From Blasia pusilla (lineage: Eukaryota), in NCBI GenBank assembly GCA_050084515.1, contig CM114271.1, positions 39,370,001 to 39,434,000 of the forward strand: a stretch of DNA of 64,000 nt. Direction: 5' to 3'. A program made the translations under genes and the position numbers. Below the pieces are notes generated by a model, which worked only from the letters and a program-made list of their open reading frames with translations, did not search any database and was not told where the DNA came from. Shown here piece by piece: positions 39,061 to 51,489 of the stretch; the stretch's first letter is position 1; every line of letters begins with the position of its first letter.

Positions 39061-41936
39061 TCAGTGAACAAGTCCCGCGGATCCTGTCAGTGGCAAACTC
39101 ACCAACTCTCCTGACGCACCGCCGCTTGTGCTGTCCAACCTACGAATCCGCTGTATGAGCCCACCATCCACCACTCTCTGCACCTGCTGGAGAGTCGGAC
39201 CAACCAAATGGTTGTAAGATACAGGTTTGGGGAGCGCGAAAACTACTCGATTGATTTCGTTTTCGAGTTCGATTTCGTAAACTTCTGCGAACACACCTTT
39301 CAGGGAGGTGATTACGCCCTCATAGGCCTTCTCCACACAAGATACCACATTCATGGCTAACATGCCACCGTCCTGTAGAGCAATCCTCGCCGATAGGATA
39401 AACTTCCGCTCAATGAAAGCCATAGGAGGAGAGCTGAGCTCGAACCGGGGATCACCCACATCCACGTCCACAACTATGATCTCCACCCGGGGATCCTTAT
39501 CAAATCGACAGTTGTAAGGGAAGTGCGCCACATTCGCATCTCGAGATGCGACTTCCACTGTCGAGTGAACGTCGGTCTGTGTGGATTTGATTTGCTCAGA
39601 GGAGCTTGAGACAGCAACGTCCTCCGACACGATCTTGTCTTTCACAGCTGCATTTTCAGGACCGATCGCGTGCTCGTTTTCAGAGAGCTCGATGACACCC
39701 ACTCCCTGGGGATCTTCACACCAGTCATTCACTCTGACCTCATGCTCTGTTGAAGAGTTCTCCACGTTCGTGGAAGATACCACATTCGTGGGAGGTGGAT
39801 CCACCTGGTCACTAGCAGAATCTCCTGGAGAGAGATCAGCTGACGGCAGAGGTGGGCAATTCTCATTGTTACTGACACAATGCCTCCACTTCTCTTCCCA
39901 CTCATGATTCACAAGGCCCACCTGTATCGCCTTTGAAGCAATGTCTTCTACGAAATGCGCACCATCGCCGACTGCCACTTGAACATGCGGGTCTTCTTTC
40001 AGGCAGAAGTGCTTCTCAGCTAATCGAAGCACCACCTCATCCAATTCCACTACCTGCGGGGAGTCAATTCCTGGCGAGGTTAGTGTTTCCGCAAGTGGCA
40101 TCCATTGAGTCAGAATTCTGCAGAACAAGCGATTCCTGTCCCTACGGCGGAGCACACATTTGGGATTGATGGCAAGTCCGGCTGGAGAAGCCGCATAGCT
40201 TTCATGAATCACCATAGCTAGAATACCTGAATCTGGAACCAGAACTGGTTGTGGAGGAACATCGGCAGAGCTCCTCCACCCACGCCAATGCAGAGAACTC
40301 TGGCTCTAAGTTGGGACATGAAACATGCGTCCAAGCAAGGGGTGACCAGCACAAATCCAGCAACAATCGGAGGTAAATAAATGTGCACTAGCTTGCTGTG
40401 ATCCACCCGCTTCACGACGGCTTCTCCTTTTGCTCTCCTATGGCTTCTTCTAGAACCGTGCTTCTTTTGCCTCTTCCTATCCTGGTCTACGTCACGGCCG
40501 GAGCGAATTCTGAGCGGAACCTCTGTCTGGATCAGATTCGGCATCCTTTTAAAAATTAATCTACGTCTCCACGATTTGCTGCGTTCGCGTCCCATCATGA
40601 GACACGATGAGGGGACAAGTTGCGATGATCCCTCTTCTCTCGACGACCATTGCTGATAGTTTTTCGGGACGAAGGCTTTCTCGTCCGACTCTTTTTCGGA
40701 TTCCACTTCCACATCCTCTACCATCATCATGCCAGTCAAGGGAGAGTAGACTACGTCTATCACCACCCGCTGCACGACATTGTCCGTGTACGTCACAAAG
40801 GGAATGTCAGGGCCTCCGCGTTTGAAAGAAATTTTCGGGGCGAGAGCAAGAATCAGAGGCCGAAGAATTTTCTTCAGTTCTGAATCATTTTCCTCAGCGT
40901 TCTCGGCAACGACCACTAGACAGCTCCGACGAGCCTTCAACAACTCTACCTCAACCTCTTCCATTTTACTCTTCTCCGGCCCGACAGGGTCTTCTATGCT
41001 GCGAGAATCATCCAAGTTCCGCTCCTTGTCTTGAGCATTTCTGTGTTCTCCATCATTGTCCTCTCTATGACTCGAGCATTGCCGCACCTCCCCACTACCA
41101 TGTTCAACTTCCGCACTCCCACCAGTAGCTTTGTCCAGCGCCGGATGCTCTTCTATACTGATTCTCCCGTTTTTCCTGTCACAAATTCCCCGCCCTTCTG
41201 CGTTGGCTCCATCCGTCTTCGGGAATTCCCTCCCAGACCTAGAAGACGCACCATCGTCATTTCGGGGTTCCGCGAGCTCGGGGTCACAAGTCCTTAGCAA
41301 GAGTATCAACCTCCTCACACCAGCGGAAGCTAGCAGCTGCCACTGTCCGCCTTCCGAAGAGTATATCCAGGCTTCTTCCTTCCCCAGTGGCACCAGCATA
41401 GCTGCACACTGCATCAAATCCTCGTCTTCCACCATCGGAGAATCGAGCACCACTGCAGTTACACTCCTGCGCACAGAGACAGAGGAAGAGGCGGCGCGGG
41501 TAATGGGATAATCAAAAACAATACGCCTTCCCGCATGGATCTCCTCAAAGTCGTCATTGATCAATCCCGCGGCATCAATCTCCTCGTCTTCTTCTGCTTC
41601 CTCCTCCTCCTCCTCCTCCTCCGCAGCATGACGATCCTTCGCACCCGTGCTCCCACCGCCCTCCGCTGCACAGACGTGCCCGGATCCCAGAGTTGGAGAA
41701 ATGAAATCCTCCTGTGAAGACTCGTGCACGGGAGCTTCACGAAACTCCTTCAACCTATCCCCGTCCACGAAAATCTCCTCAAATCTTGTGCCGGTCCTCT
41801 CCGGCCCAAATTCAATGTCATGCGCATACGCTTCTTCTTCCTCACTGACGCACAGTGGGGCCGAAGTTGTACCGCCTCCACCGTCGTGCATCTGAGCATA
41901 ACCTCTCCCCATCGGATGATCGGTCTCTTCTCCCAT
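39061..41936 (-). CDS. SAM-dependent methyltransferase similar to the C-terminal (eEF1A N-terminal MTase, spermidine synthase-like) domain of METTL13; 2 exons, about 900 aa
   Basis: Exons 41936-40227 and 40053-39061; 173-nt GT-AG intron with a CTAAC branch site. The splice joins VLCIGVGGGALPMFL...IQ to VVELDEVV..A.KHF. Other motifs: CAAMLVP.G.E..W.YS.EGG.WQL, RRRL.FKRMPNLIQTE, VDVD..D......PP..F. Confidence 0.88.
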
Positions 41937-44512
41937 TCCCTCCTTTCTTTCTTACTCGATCACTCCCTGCCTGTCACGCGCAACGACTCGCAGCAGAAGG
42001 AGGATCATTTTGACGAGCTCCGTCGCCAATCGACGAGTCAGAACGAAACGGCAAGCGGCAACAGAAATTCCCAGTCGAAGGCTGGAAATCAGCCATCGCG
42101 CATGTAGATTTCAACCAATCTCGGCCTGCGGAATGGGGAAACCAATCCTGGACTCCTGCTGTGATACTCAGCGGAGACGTTTACTGTCTGGAATGGAAAT
42201 GAGGAGAGTCCAACATGCACGCGAGAGGAACGAGGGTTGGCATACAGCTAGCTCAACAGGACGGCTTCTGCGCTTGGACACCCCTGGTATGTGCGAATTG
42301 CGCAGGATAGGGTAGAAACGAGATTTGGTAACCTCCACAGATCATCCAGTGCAGGAGCGGGGCATGTCGAAAGTCAAAAAAGCCGCAAGCCGATTTGATT
42401 TCTGCAACCATGGTTGCAGGAACACTGCACTGCAGTCCCTCCCTGATTAGCGCTGGCAAACACTCCACGAGCACACGGAGAGGACAAAAGACAAAAGACG
42501 GATGAGATGTCTGGAACTCCCGATGTTCCAAGCGCTTCCGACCACAGAGATCGACCAATCCGGGAGCGAGAAGAGGCCAACAACGTAACCCGCATTTCCC
42601 GTGTGAAAGAGAGCAATCACCTTACTTTTCCAGTCTTTCACATACGAAGACATAATCCGAAAGCTGAAGACGAGAAGGAGACCCAAGGTCCCACAAATCG
42701 CCACTTCCAACAAATGAAGAAACAATCCGTTAAGGTGTAGGCAAGACAAGAAGGGAACAAGGCAGTAATCACCTCAGATCCAATTACATCTCCCCACCTC
42801 ACGTCTGAAAAGATAAGCACAATCCCGTCAGAAGAAAGTGGTGCTCACTGCAAATTCAAGCTCCACGTCCCCCTACCTCACGAAAGCCTCGCCTGCATCC
42901 ACATTGGATTAAAGTGCACGGTATAAAACCAAGTGGGCCTCGTAGTGACTCACGAGAATATCCCTCACCTTGTGAAATGAAATAATATAAAGACGCTACA
43001 CAAGAATGGGCCAGTTGGAATAGCCGATTTAGAAACTTATATTTCAATAATTGGGAGTCGTGAATAATTATCTAGTCTGTTTCGACTTAGTGCCTCTGAT
43101 CTTGACATTGAAAATCTGATTTAGAAGTGAGAGGAAAACGTGTTTCTTCGATACGTGCGTTGGTGTGTGGCCAGTTGACAGTGGCAACCGTAAAGCGTCC
43201 GACTCTTAGTTATCTAAATTTGTTTTGCTTCTGAATATAGTGGGAAGAGAAAAGTTTTATGAAAGTAATGAAAATCTAAAATTAGTCTTGCAAGTTCCTA
43301 TCGTAAAGTATTACTCTTGACAAGCTTTTGTTCAATCTTATTTTGATGATATTTCTTAGTTATTTTTTTTCTATAATAAAACTGTATCATGACTTATTCT
43401 GTTATCTTGAGAACAAGCAGACAACCTCGACTCATTCATGCCTAAACATGATCAACGTGCCTCACAATGATTCACATCTCCCAACCAACCTGTGCTTAGA
43501 AATACCCCTAGGCTCTCTCGTATTGTATCCAAGTATTAAAGAATCTTGGCAATTCTAGTAATCGATTTCCTTGCCATCTACCTGCGGTCAAAATCTACTC
43601 CATGTCTTCTCACTTGGGACAGAAACGCTTCTATCCACTCGTAACTAACAAACTCCCTTCAACAAACTTTGCATGCCCACAGCGAGCCCGTGCCCACTGT
43701 ACAAACTTAGATTGTTGGTATTCTCCATTTTAACACATCAGGGTTGGTCTCCAGCGGTCCAGGATTGAACCAAAGCATATCTTAGCAACACAAAACGAAG
43801 GTTGAGTGTCCTAGGGAGACTACTTTCGCTTTACAGAAAAAACGGACCAAGGCTGGAAATGGCTTGTAGATTTCTGACAGCAAGGTATTTTTGCGCTTCG
43901 TGCAGAAATATCTTGCAGCCTGGACCTGCAGCCAGGCTGGAACACTTCTTTTGGTACAATTTCGCTTCTCTGTAAATCCTTATTGGAAGCTTAAGAGGTT
44001 TTAGACACAGCATCTGAAACCTTAGAAGCAGAAAAGATGAAACAAACAGAAGAAATGGAGCACTTTCTCTTCACTGGTTAAAAATTTATGATCGAACCTT
44101 TCACCTTTGCTCCACTGCTACCCATTTCCCAAAAGATGTTCAGATAATATCGGATTCCAAAAACTTCACAGTACCCCTGAGCTCCTTGAATGGCGGCAGT
44201 AACCAACATCGACAACAGACAAGACACCGCTTCACAAGGTGTTCGAAGTCCTTAGAAGAAACCTTAGACAAATTTGAAGATTCGACTGGCTTTCTAGAAT
44301 TGATGGTTGCATATACATAAATTACAGTCCCGGACTAATTTAATTCCAATACAATGATAACAGTCTAGTCTGCTCAAACAACCCAAAATCAGGGAGGAAT
44401 ACCTTTGTAGAGAAATGTACTGACAAATTTAGGGAATGACAAGTGCTTGTAAGCACATGATATGAAAGAAAGCCCTAAAATTGTCTCAAGAAGTTCTAAG
44501 ACACCCTGCACA

Positions 44513-46842
44513 TTATATCCTTCTTCGGTTATCTTGTCGCCTCTTCTTCATCACAGATGAATCCTCCCCCTCAGCAGCCATCTTTCCTTTGCCTTCATTG
44601 GCTTCGACAATGGCCACTGTAGGAGATCCAGTAGATGCTTGTGATGCTGGTGATGGCCCGGCATTCATGCTTGAGATCTGTTCAGTTCAAAGAGTAGGAG
44701 GATTAGAAGTAAGTGAGTAGGCAGATGTATTGATCATCAATTGCATCTCTTTATACAGCGATGTTTTCTTCCTATGATTACAGCAATATCATCCAGTCTA
44801 GTAGTACTTCCTAGGTTGTCTGTCTTGAAAGATGGATTGAGATTACATACCTTGGCCAGTGTTTCACGCACTGTCTGAACAGTAGCATTCATGGACTTTG
44901 TAGGGAAATACTGCAAGTGTCACAAATCATGTACAGGCTAAGAATAAGTCAGACAATCCTGGAGGTCCTTTTCTTATCCCCACTTTAATTCCCCATGCGT
45001 AGTAGGGAGAGTAAGCAACCAGGTTCACTACACAACACACACAGAGTTTCTCAGAAACCGACTTCAGCTTCCCTTATGAAGCCTCTTGTGCTGCACACTG
45101 TCCTTCAATTGAACAATTCATGAATGCTGAAATCTCATTGATTATGACAGTCAACAATCTTTACCTGGCTAGTTCTTGTATCTTCCATCACTACCCTTTC
45201 GTTGGGCTGAACTGTGTGCGGATTGTCCACTACATTTCCAAGCTTGCCTCTGGCCACAATTGAAATGAACTCATCAGCTCAGAACGCTGCTCTGGGACCA
45301 TTAGCAGGAGCAGATGTCTACATATTCAGATGCAGACGTTTCAGCTCCTACTGCAAACCTTCTTAGAATAGAACAATGCTAAGACAGATCCACCCTAAAG
45401 CTTAGAGATGTACTCCTCCAGGCACCTTACAAGGTATTCAGAATATTCATCTCCAGTCAAAACTTCTCTGGAATCAGATTTTCAGTTCAAATAAACCTAA
45501 GGTCAAGATGAGAGTTCATAGTTAGCTCACATGGTTTTATATGGCAGGCGTTCCAAAGGAAATGGCGGATATTGTTGAGCCTCATGTGGGTGCCTCATAC
45601 GAACCACAAGAGGATCCTCCTGGACCGAATCAGACCTTTTACCACGAGAAGGTCTTTCGCCTTGTTGGTTGCCTGCTTATCAATAAGCACACTATCATGT
45701 GCCGCATAAAGAACATAAGGAAATAATAGGGCAAAGACAAATCCAGGACCACACAAAAAATTGATGTTGCAGGTCACGCACAGAAGAGGCAAAACCTTTA
45801 CCAATCGTACAATCTGTACATTTGGTGAGCACGACATAGAGCCATGACTATCCTTGTACCCGCAGCCAACAAAATCAAGGCATCAATTCCAACTTACCAC
45901 GAATTCTATTCAAAACAGTTCGCCTCCTTTCCTCCAACTTATCCTTTGTGTCTGCTAGAGTCTCAGAATTGGGAGCATAAGAAACATCAAGTAGGTTTCC
46001 CAGAAACCTGTACTCGTCCAGCTTCCTCTTGGCAAACCTGCACTCTAAAACCGACGATTGATATCTAAGTCGAACATAGATCATTATGTTCTATTACAAC
46101 CTTAAGTTGCAGTACAAACCAGAGAACCCACAGCGTGTAACAAATTAATAATGGGAAACTGATCAGACTGTTCCACGAACATTTACTTCCAAAAATCCTG
46201 AACGTACCTGGAATTGCTGATTTTTGAGTATTTGATCCAATACACATCCGTGTAGGGTTCACATTCTTCCTCATCGAGTAATCTATATCTGTGCCCAAAA
46301 ACCTCAGTTACATGAACGGCAGGTCCATCCCACGTCAAGAGAATGACATGCTCACCATTGCATACAAACAAACGGCAAGTTCAATCCCAACAAGACCAGC
46401 ACTAAGCATGCGCTTGTAGACACAGAAAACATAAAGAAGGTAGGGCAATCTCAGGGTCCAGCAGATGCCACTCACTCTTCAATGTCGCCATAGAGTCCGA
46501 ACAACTTTACCAACTCGTCAATGCATCCTAGCGCTGGTACATTCTTCACGATCAGATATCTGCACCCGGTATATTCCATCTCATGAGCAATTTGCAGCAG
46601 CAGTCGGCACCGGTGGTTTACACAGAATCTAAACTTCAGCCCCAAAAGACAACCAGAAAACCGATCTACGCTTGGATACATAGAAGCAAAATGGACCAAG
46701 AAAAATCCAGATGCAGGAAACCTGCAATCTCCGACAATCTAAACGATTAGAGACGGCAATTCACTCACCGCGACTCATCACAAACGGTGTATACTCGCAC
46801 AGCACGTTCACGACGGCTGGTGCGGTAGTCGGGCCGCTCCAT
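44513..46842 (-). CDS. RBM48: RNA-binding protein 48 (U12 minor-spliceosome factor), 8 exons, about 276 aa
   Basis: Exons 46842-46769, 46559-46476, 46288-46208, 46037-45898, 45672-45531, 45249-45165, 44910-44851 and 44677-44513 are all GT-AG and sum to 831 nt in frame. Motifs AVRVYTVCDESRYLIVKNVPALG, FAKRKLDE..F.G..L.VSYAP, YF...SMN.TV..VR, C-terminal DNRRRI. Exons 5-6 are the least certain. Confidence 0.92.
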
Positions 46843-47457
46843 TTTGCAGCCCTTGCGATTACATCGACTGCTCACAGAGAGGACGCCCGGAAAGCCACAA
46901 AATTACGAGAGTACACTCCGCCTTTCCAGTGCTTTGAGAGGAAAACAGTCGTAACATCGGAATGTGACGCAGACCTTGCCGATTTCAGCTTCGTCCATCC
47001 ATTTGCTGGGCCTTTACTCTCCTACATCCACGACAGCCTTTTCATCAGCCTTTTCTGGCTTTCGGCGTCGCGGCATGTACACGACGCTACTGAATGAGCG
47101 TAGTCTTTCTATCAATATTTATGGAGTCTCCATATCCGGCGGATTGGGTATGCAATTCATAGATTCCAGGGAAATGGCTGCGGGAAGAGTAGAATGTAAT
47201 GGAACGATCCAGAGTCCCATGCAACTGACGACACTTTTAGGGGAGTAGCAGGATCCGTGGCTTCAGTAGAGATGGCGGTGAGGGCGGAGGTCGAAAATGA
47301 TCAGCATCTGAACACAAATGCCCATGCGCGTCAGGGGTTGCAAATTCACATTGTAGAGCGCGTTACAGTGGGGACCTGAATATCAGGCTCCTGGCCTGGT
47401 AACTCGTAAGGCGGCCCCAGCTACGAAGTCGCGCAGAAGTTTATGAGCGGGAAAGCT

Positions 47458-47465
47458 TAGGGTTT
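47458..47465. promoter_or_regulatory. Telo-box upstream of RBM48
   Basis: TAGGGTTT (AAACCCTA on the gene strand) at the edge of the GC-rich leader. Confidence 0.4.
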
Positions 47466-47551
47466 AATTTAGATATGTAAGTGTTGTAGTAGTAGTAGAG
47501 GGACTGTTGCGATCACATAAAATATACAAAAGACTTGTAAGGTGCCCGGGC

Positions 47552-47661
47552 AATGGAAAAAAACAAAAGTGTTTGAAGATTTAGATTAAGAATATCACAT
47601 AAAAATACAAAAAATAAATGGAAAAAAAACAAAAGTGTTTGAAGATTTAGATTAAGAATAT
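47552..47661. repeat. Direct repeat, about 44 bp x2
   Basis: AATGGAAAAAAA(A)CAAAAGTGTTTGAAGATTTAGATTAAGAATAT occurs twice. Confidence 0.9.
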
Positions 47662-47841
47662 GAAATATATATATATAGAAAAAAGAATGGGAAACCGCGA
47701 TTAATCATACCGCGCACAAAATTTTTTTTCCATGTGAAATATTTACGGTCTCTACAAGTGCCGATCGACATTAATACTCGTCGGAGCTGGCTCCACGTCT
47801 CCGTTTTCTTGTTCTGGACGTTGAGAGCTCCACCTCGACAA

Positions 47842-48123
47842 TAGGGCCACTCACTGCCGGAGTTGGGAGGCCCCCGGAGTCGTGGCAACGGCCAGTGCCC
47901 GTTTGAAGAAACGGGTACCTACAAACGGCTCCGGTTTCTGGGAACAATATTTTTTAAGGACTAAAAAAAACATTTTGTCCTCTTTCGGACGATACCAATT
48001 TTTTAATTATTTTTTATAAAAAAAGTTATTATTATTATTCAATTAAGTCCATTCGTGTGGATTACACAGGAATTTCCTCCGTCCCCGTATTTGCTCCCCG
48101 TCGGGAGGAAATGAGTGGCCCTA
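47842..48123. mobile_element. MITE-like element (282 bp) with 12-bp terminal inverted repeats
   Basis: TAGGGCCACTCA ... TGAGTGGCCCTA, GC-rich subterminal AAACGG/CCCG motifs and an AT-rich centre. No 8-bp TSD found; the terminal TA could be the TSD. Confidence 0.6.
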
Positions 48124-49710
48124 ATAGAGACACACATCACGCTCTAGTACTACCCTTACGCTGACAGCCGCCGTGGTCGCATGCTTCGCAGTAGTTCCTA
48201 CTCGGATCGTTAGAGTGCTCTTAGAGCTAATGGCCGAAAGACGAGATACCATGAAGGTCGCACGAGAGATCCTAGTGCTACGCATGCAAGCTAACTGAAT
48301 TGCTCAGTAGTGCGGTAGGGCTGCTGGGAATATTGAGCGCCAACTCGCGCTATGGCTGAATGCAGGACTTTGCACTTCATTTGTTCGCACTTTCTGCCTT
48401 CTCGTCTACTCACCAATGCATTGCCCAGGCTCGAGCATTCCATAACCACTATCTACAAGACTTGCTCATGATAATCCATCTTCTAGAGAACTCAAGGAGA
48501 GCGTTGTGAGCTTTCGAACAATTCCATCAGTCGAGCTTGCATTGCCCCTTCCTCGTGCCCCATTAGCAATCCCTTGTATCTACTGGAAAAACGGTAATCC
48601 ATAGGATCCACATGATGTCGGGAGTTGCGAACCTGGGTAAGAAAGGGTAACGTAAAGCTAGTCTACCTGCACAAAGGAAAAATTTGAACTTTGTATCCAG
48701 CTGATCACAATATAGCTCATTAGATCTCAAGACTCAACTTCAATTCGGCCAAGCTGCTTCTGTCTGCTGATGTCCCTGCACACTTTGGCCTCGAACATTC
48801 CATCCATCTATGATTTGAGGTTTCAGGACGTTTGACCCTAGTATCCTTATAGCACGAACTCATATCAAAACAGGCGGAATTTGAATCTTCCGCCTCAAAT
48901 ATGAATTTACCCCTTGATTCAGCCCATCCATGCCCATTGCTTGACAAGCCTGATATTTCTCTGAGTTCCTTATACCTTCCCTCATCCTTGCAATTTGATA
49001 AAACCAATTGGCTCGGTGGCGAGTTATGTATCCTAACACAGAAAACCAACAACTACTCTACTTCCACCAAACCAAAATTTTAAACACTTCAACCGGTTCT
49101 TCACATTAGACCTCAGGGAATCTGAAGAGTCACCTATATTGGACGAAGCTCCTTCTGCCTACTGATGTCTCTGCCCATTCTAACCTCCAACATTCCACAT
49201 ATCTTTAGTTGAAATCTTTGAACTTACACCTTTACCACAACATACTCAATCCAAAGGCCCCACACACTCCCTAAACCCTAAATAACCAACAACTACTCCA
49301 ATGCACCTCTACAGATTCTTCAGGCAAGCCACAACCAGGAGATCTCTACTTGTCATTGTCACCTGCTATTAGCCACTCTTGGGGATCAGTGTACACATCC
49401 CTTCCACTAGTAAGGGGAAGCAAACCATAAGAACAAGATCAATAGCCCTTAGGAAATCTAGATTAGCTCAGCTTCGTATTAAAATCTGATTCACAGTTGC
49501 TCTAACAAGAAAGATGAATTGTAGGCCACAATGCAGATATTGGTCTTTTGCTGATGCAAAACTGCAATGTTGTGGTTACTGTGGATATGTCTTATATCAC
49601 AACCCACACTCAACCATGAGCGTACTTGAGACTAGTATGAATCCACCATATGCTTTATGCAATGGCTTCCTCAACCAGGAAAATTCTATGTCAGTAACCT
49701 ATGCATTGCC

Positions 49711-49842
49711 AATGCACTTCGTACACATCTCAATGCCTACATGACACCCTCGTACATCGGAACTATCTTGTGTGCAAATGCACTTCGTACACATCTCAAT
49801 GCCTACATGACACCCTCGTACATCAGAACTATCTTGTGTGCG
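49711..49842 (+). repeat. 66-bp tandem duplication
   Basis: AATGCACTTCGTACAC...ATCTTGTGTGC x2, period 66. Confidence 0.95.
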
Positions 49843-50213
49843 AACCCACTCCAGCTTCAACTCTTATCCATACGAGAGTCTAGGATAGGGGTGCGGAAGA
49901 AATTCAACGGTTTCCACAAGGGCTTTTTCTCCCCAACTTCATTGCTTGATTCTCCTTTTATTGGGTTTAACATGACTAATAGTGTGGTAGACCAATCATC
50001 TATTCCACCGGTATCCAAAAAAATTTCAGAATAAACCTGCAGATGAACCCTTTATACACGGATTACGCAACGCTCATTGAGTTACCAAGCCCATCCACAG
50101 GATTAGTTGTGCTCTTTGCATCGTCCATTGAAAATATAGTAAAAGCCTCTCAAGATAAGGGCCAAGCCACCTATAGCATGAATCACGACCCATACCATCC
50201 TGATTAAAATATT

Positions 50214-51432
50214 TTGCAAGACGTTGCCTACTCTCTACTTGTTTGTAGAAGCGCTTCCATTGATATATTCGACAATGGCAGTATTACACTTCGTGCAAAT
50301 GCCTCTTCTCGCCAAGAGCTCTTAACAGATGTATCTGATGCCTCTATTGACCCCAACCTAACTATAGAAACTGCCTCCTTCCCTTTTTTGTTTCCCTTTC
50401 ATCGTGGCTACTTTGTTGGACAGTCTACCCTTTCAGATTACATGAAGATAAGATCACACAAGTTGTTTAGTGTCTTCTTTGTACAAGCTATATCCCCTAC
50501 TCATGCATCAAATCTGCCAAGTTGTAGGCTTGTGCTCTACGTCCAAAACTTTTATTCTTGATAGGGAGCTAGATCGCCTCCGCAAACAAAAGCCATCCCT
50601 AAGTGACGAATCTCTCTATCATCAATTTTCCAAATATTCAATAAGCCCTCAAATTCTTGGTAGCCGAGGCAGGTGCCACTTTAAAGATCTCAAAGCTATG
50701 GTACACAAATGGGGCATGCCCTATTTATTCTTTACCTTAACTTCTGATGAAGTGTCTGCCACAAGATGGGCTGAGTTTGATAAGATTGAGTCCATAGTTA
50801 GAACATTCAACCTTGACGTCACATGGCGTCACGCTCTACCTGAATGCGCACAACTTTTCCACACCAGGATGCACTCCTTCCTCTCCTTATTCATCTTCTT
50901 AGGCCTACACATACTAGGAACTGTTAACAACTATTTGATCCGTTACGAATTGTAGGTTAGAGGAAGTGTGCACTGTCATATGATTATGGATTGATTAGCT
51001 TGACTTAGATCGGGTCACATCTGAAATATGTGCCTACATACCCTTCACCAATACTACATCATTTGTTTCGCAGGATTCCCACAACTAGCAATCACCCTCC
51101 CAACAATTGTCAGATTTGGTTTTGCACAAGTAACTCCATAGGTGCAAAGAAGGCATTTGCATAGTAATGAAAAGGAATTAGAGGCAATATTTTCGGCTTG
51201 GATTCCGTGCATATGTCAATTCTAACCCTCAGCCATTCATTGATCAAGTCACTATGAAATGATCCTATTATAGCCTTTCCTCCAAACACCGTAATTTAAT
51301 ACCCTACCACTCTCTCCTTCTGCTTTTGTGGGGTGCTCATATGAATATTCAAAGGGTAACTAACTCTGATTCGTCATTTTATTTATTGAAATATGCGTTG
51401 AAATGTGAGCCTACATGCTCTTTAGACATTGA
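50214..51432 (+). mobile_element. Decayed Helitron-like Rep (HUH/Y2 endonuclease) pseudogene, Helentron/Helitron2-type motifs; no helicase seen
   Basis: FPFLFP..RG; DLKAMV..WGMPYLFFTLT..E...W.E; YLIRYEL*VRGSVHCHMI (HUH, about 50932-50985); IPYH..LLLWGAHMNIQRVT....FYLLKYALKCEP (Y2, about 51300-51412). Confidence 0.88.
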
Positions 51433-51489
51433 CACTAAGTCAGCCAGACATTGACACAGAGTCAGCCACACATTGACACAAAGTCAACC
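51424..51489 (+). repeat. 22-bp tandem repeat x3 where the Rep similarity breaks off
   Basis: AGACATTGACACTAAGTCAGCC / AGACATTGACACAGAGTCAGCC / ACACATTGACACAAAGTCAACC. Confidence 0.9.

Noticed and set aside
38394-39071. 225-aa minus-strand ORF overlapping the methyltransferase stop
   Set aside because: Non-ATG start, no recognisable motif; probably 3' UTR.
40054-40226. Apparent stop-restart gene pair (ORF ending at 40218, next ATG at 40215)
   Set aside because: Explained by one 173-nt GT-AG intron with a CTAAC branch point that joins the two halves of the methyltransferase domain.
44513-46842. Possible U12-type introns or U11-binding feedback sites in RBM48
   Set aside because: All seven predicted introns have U2-type donors; no (G/A)TATCCTT seen on the gene strand.
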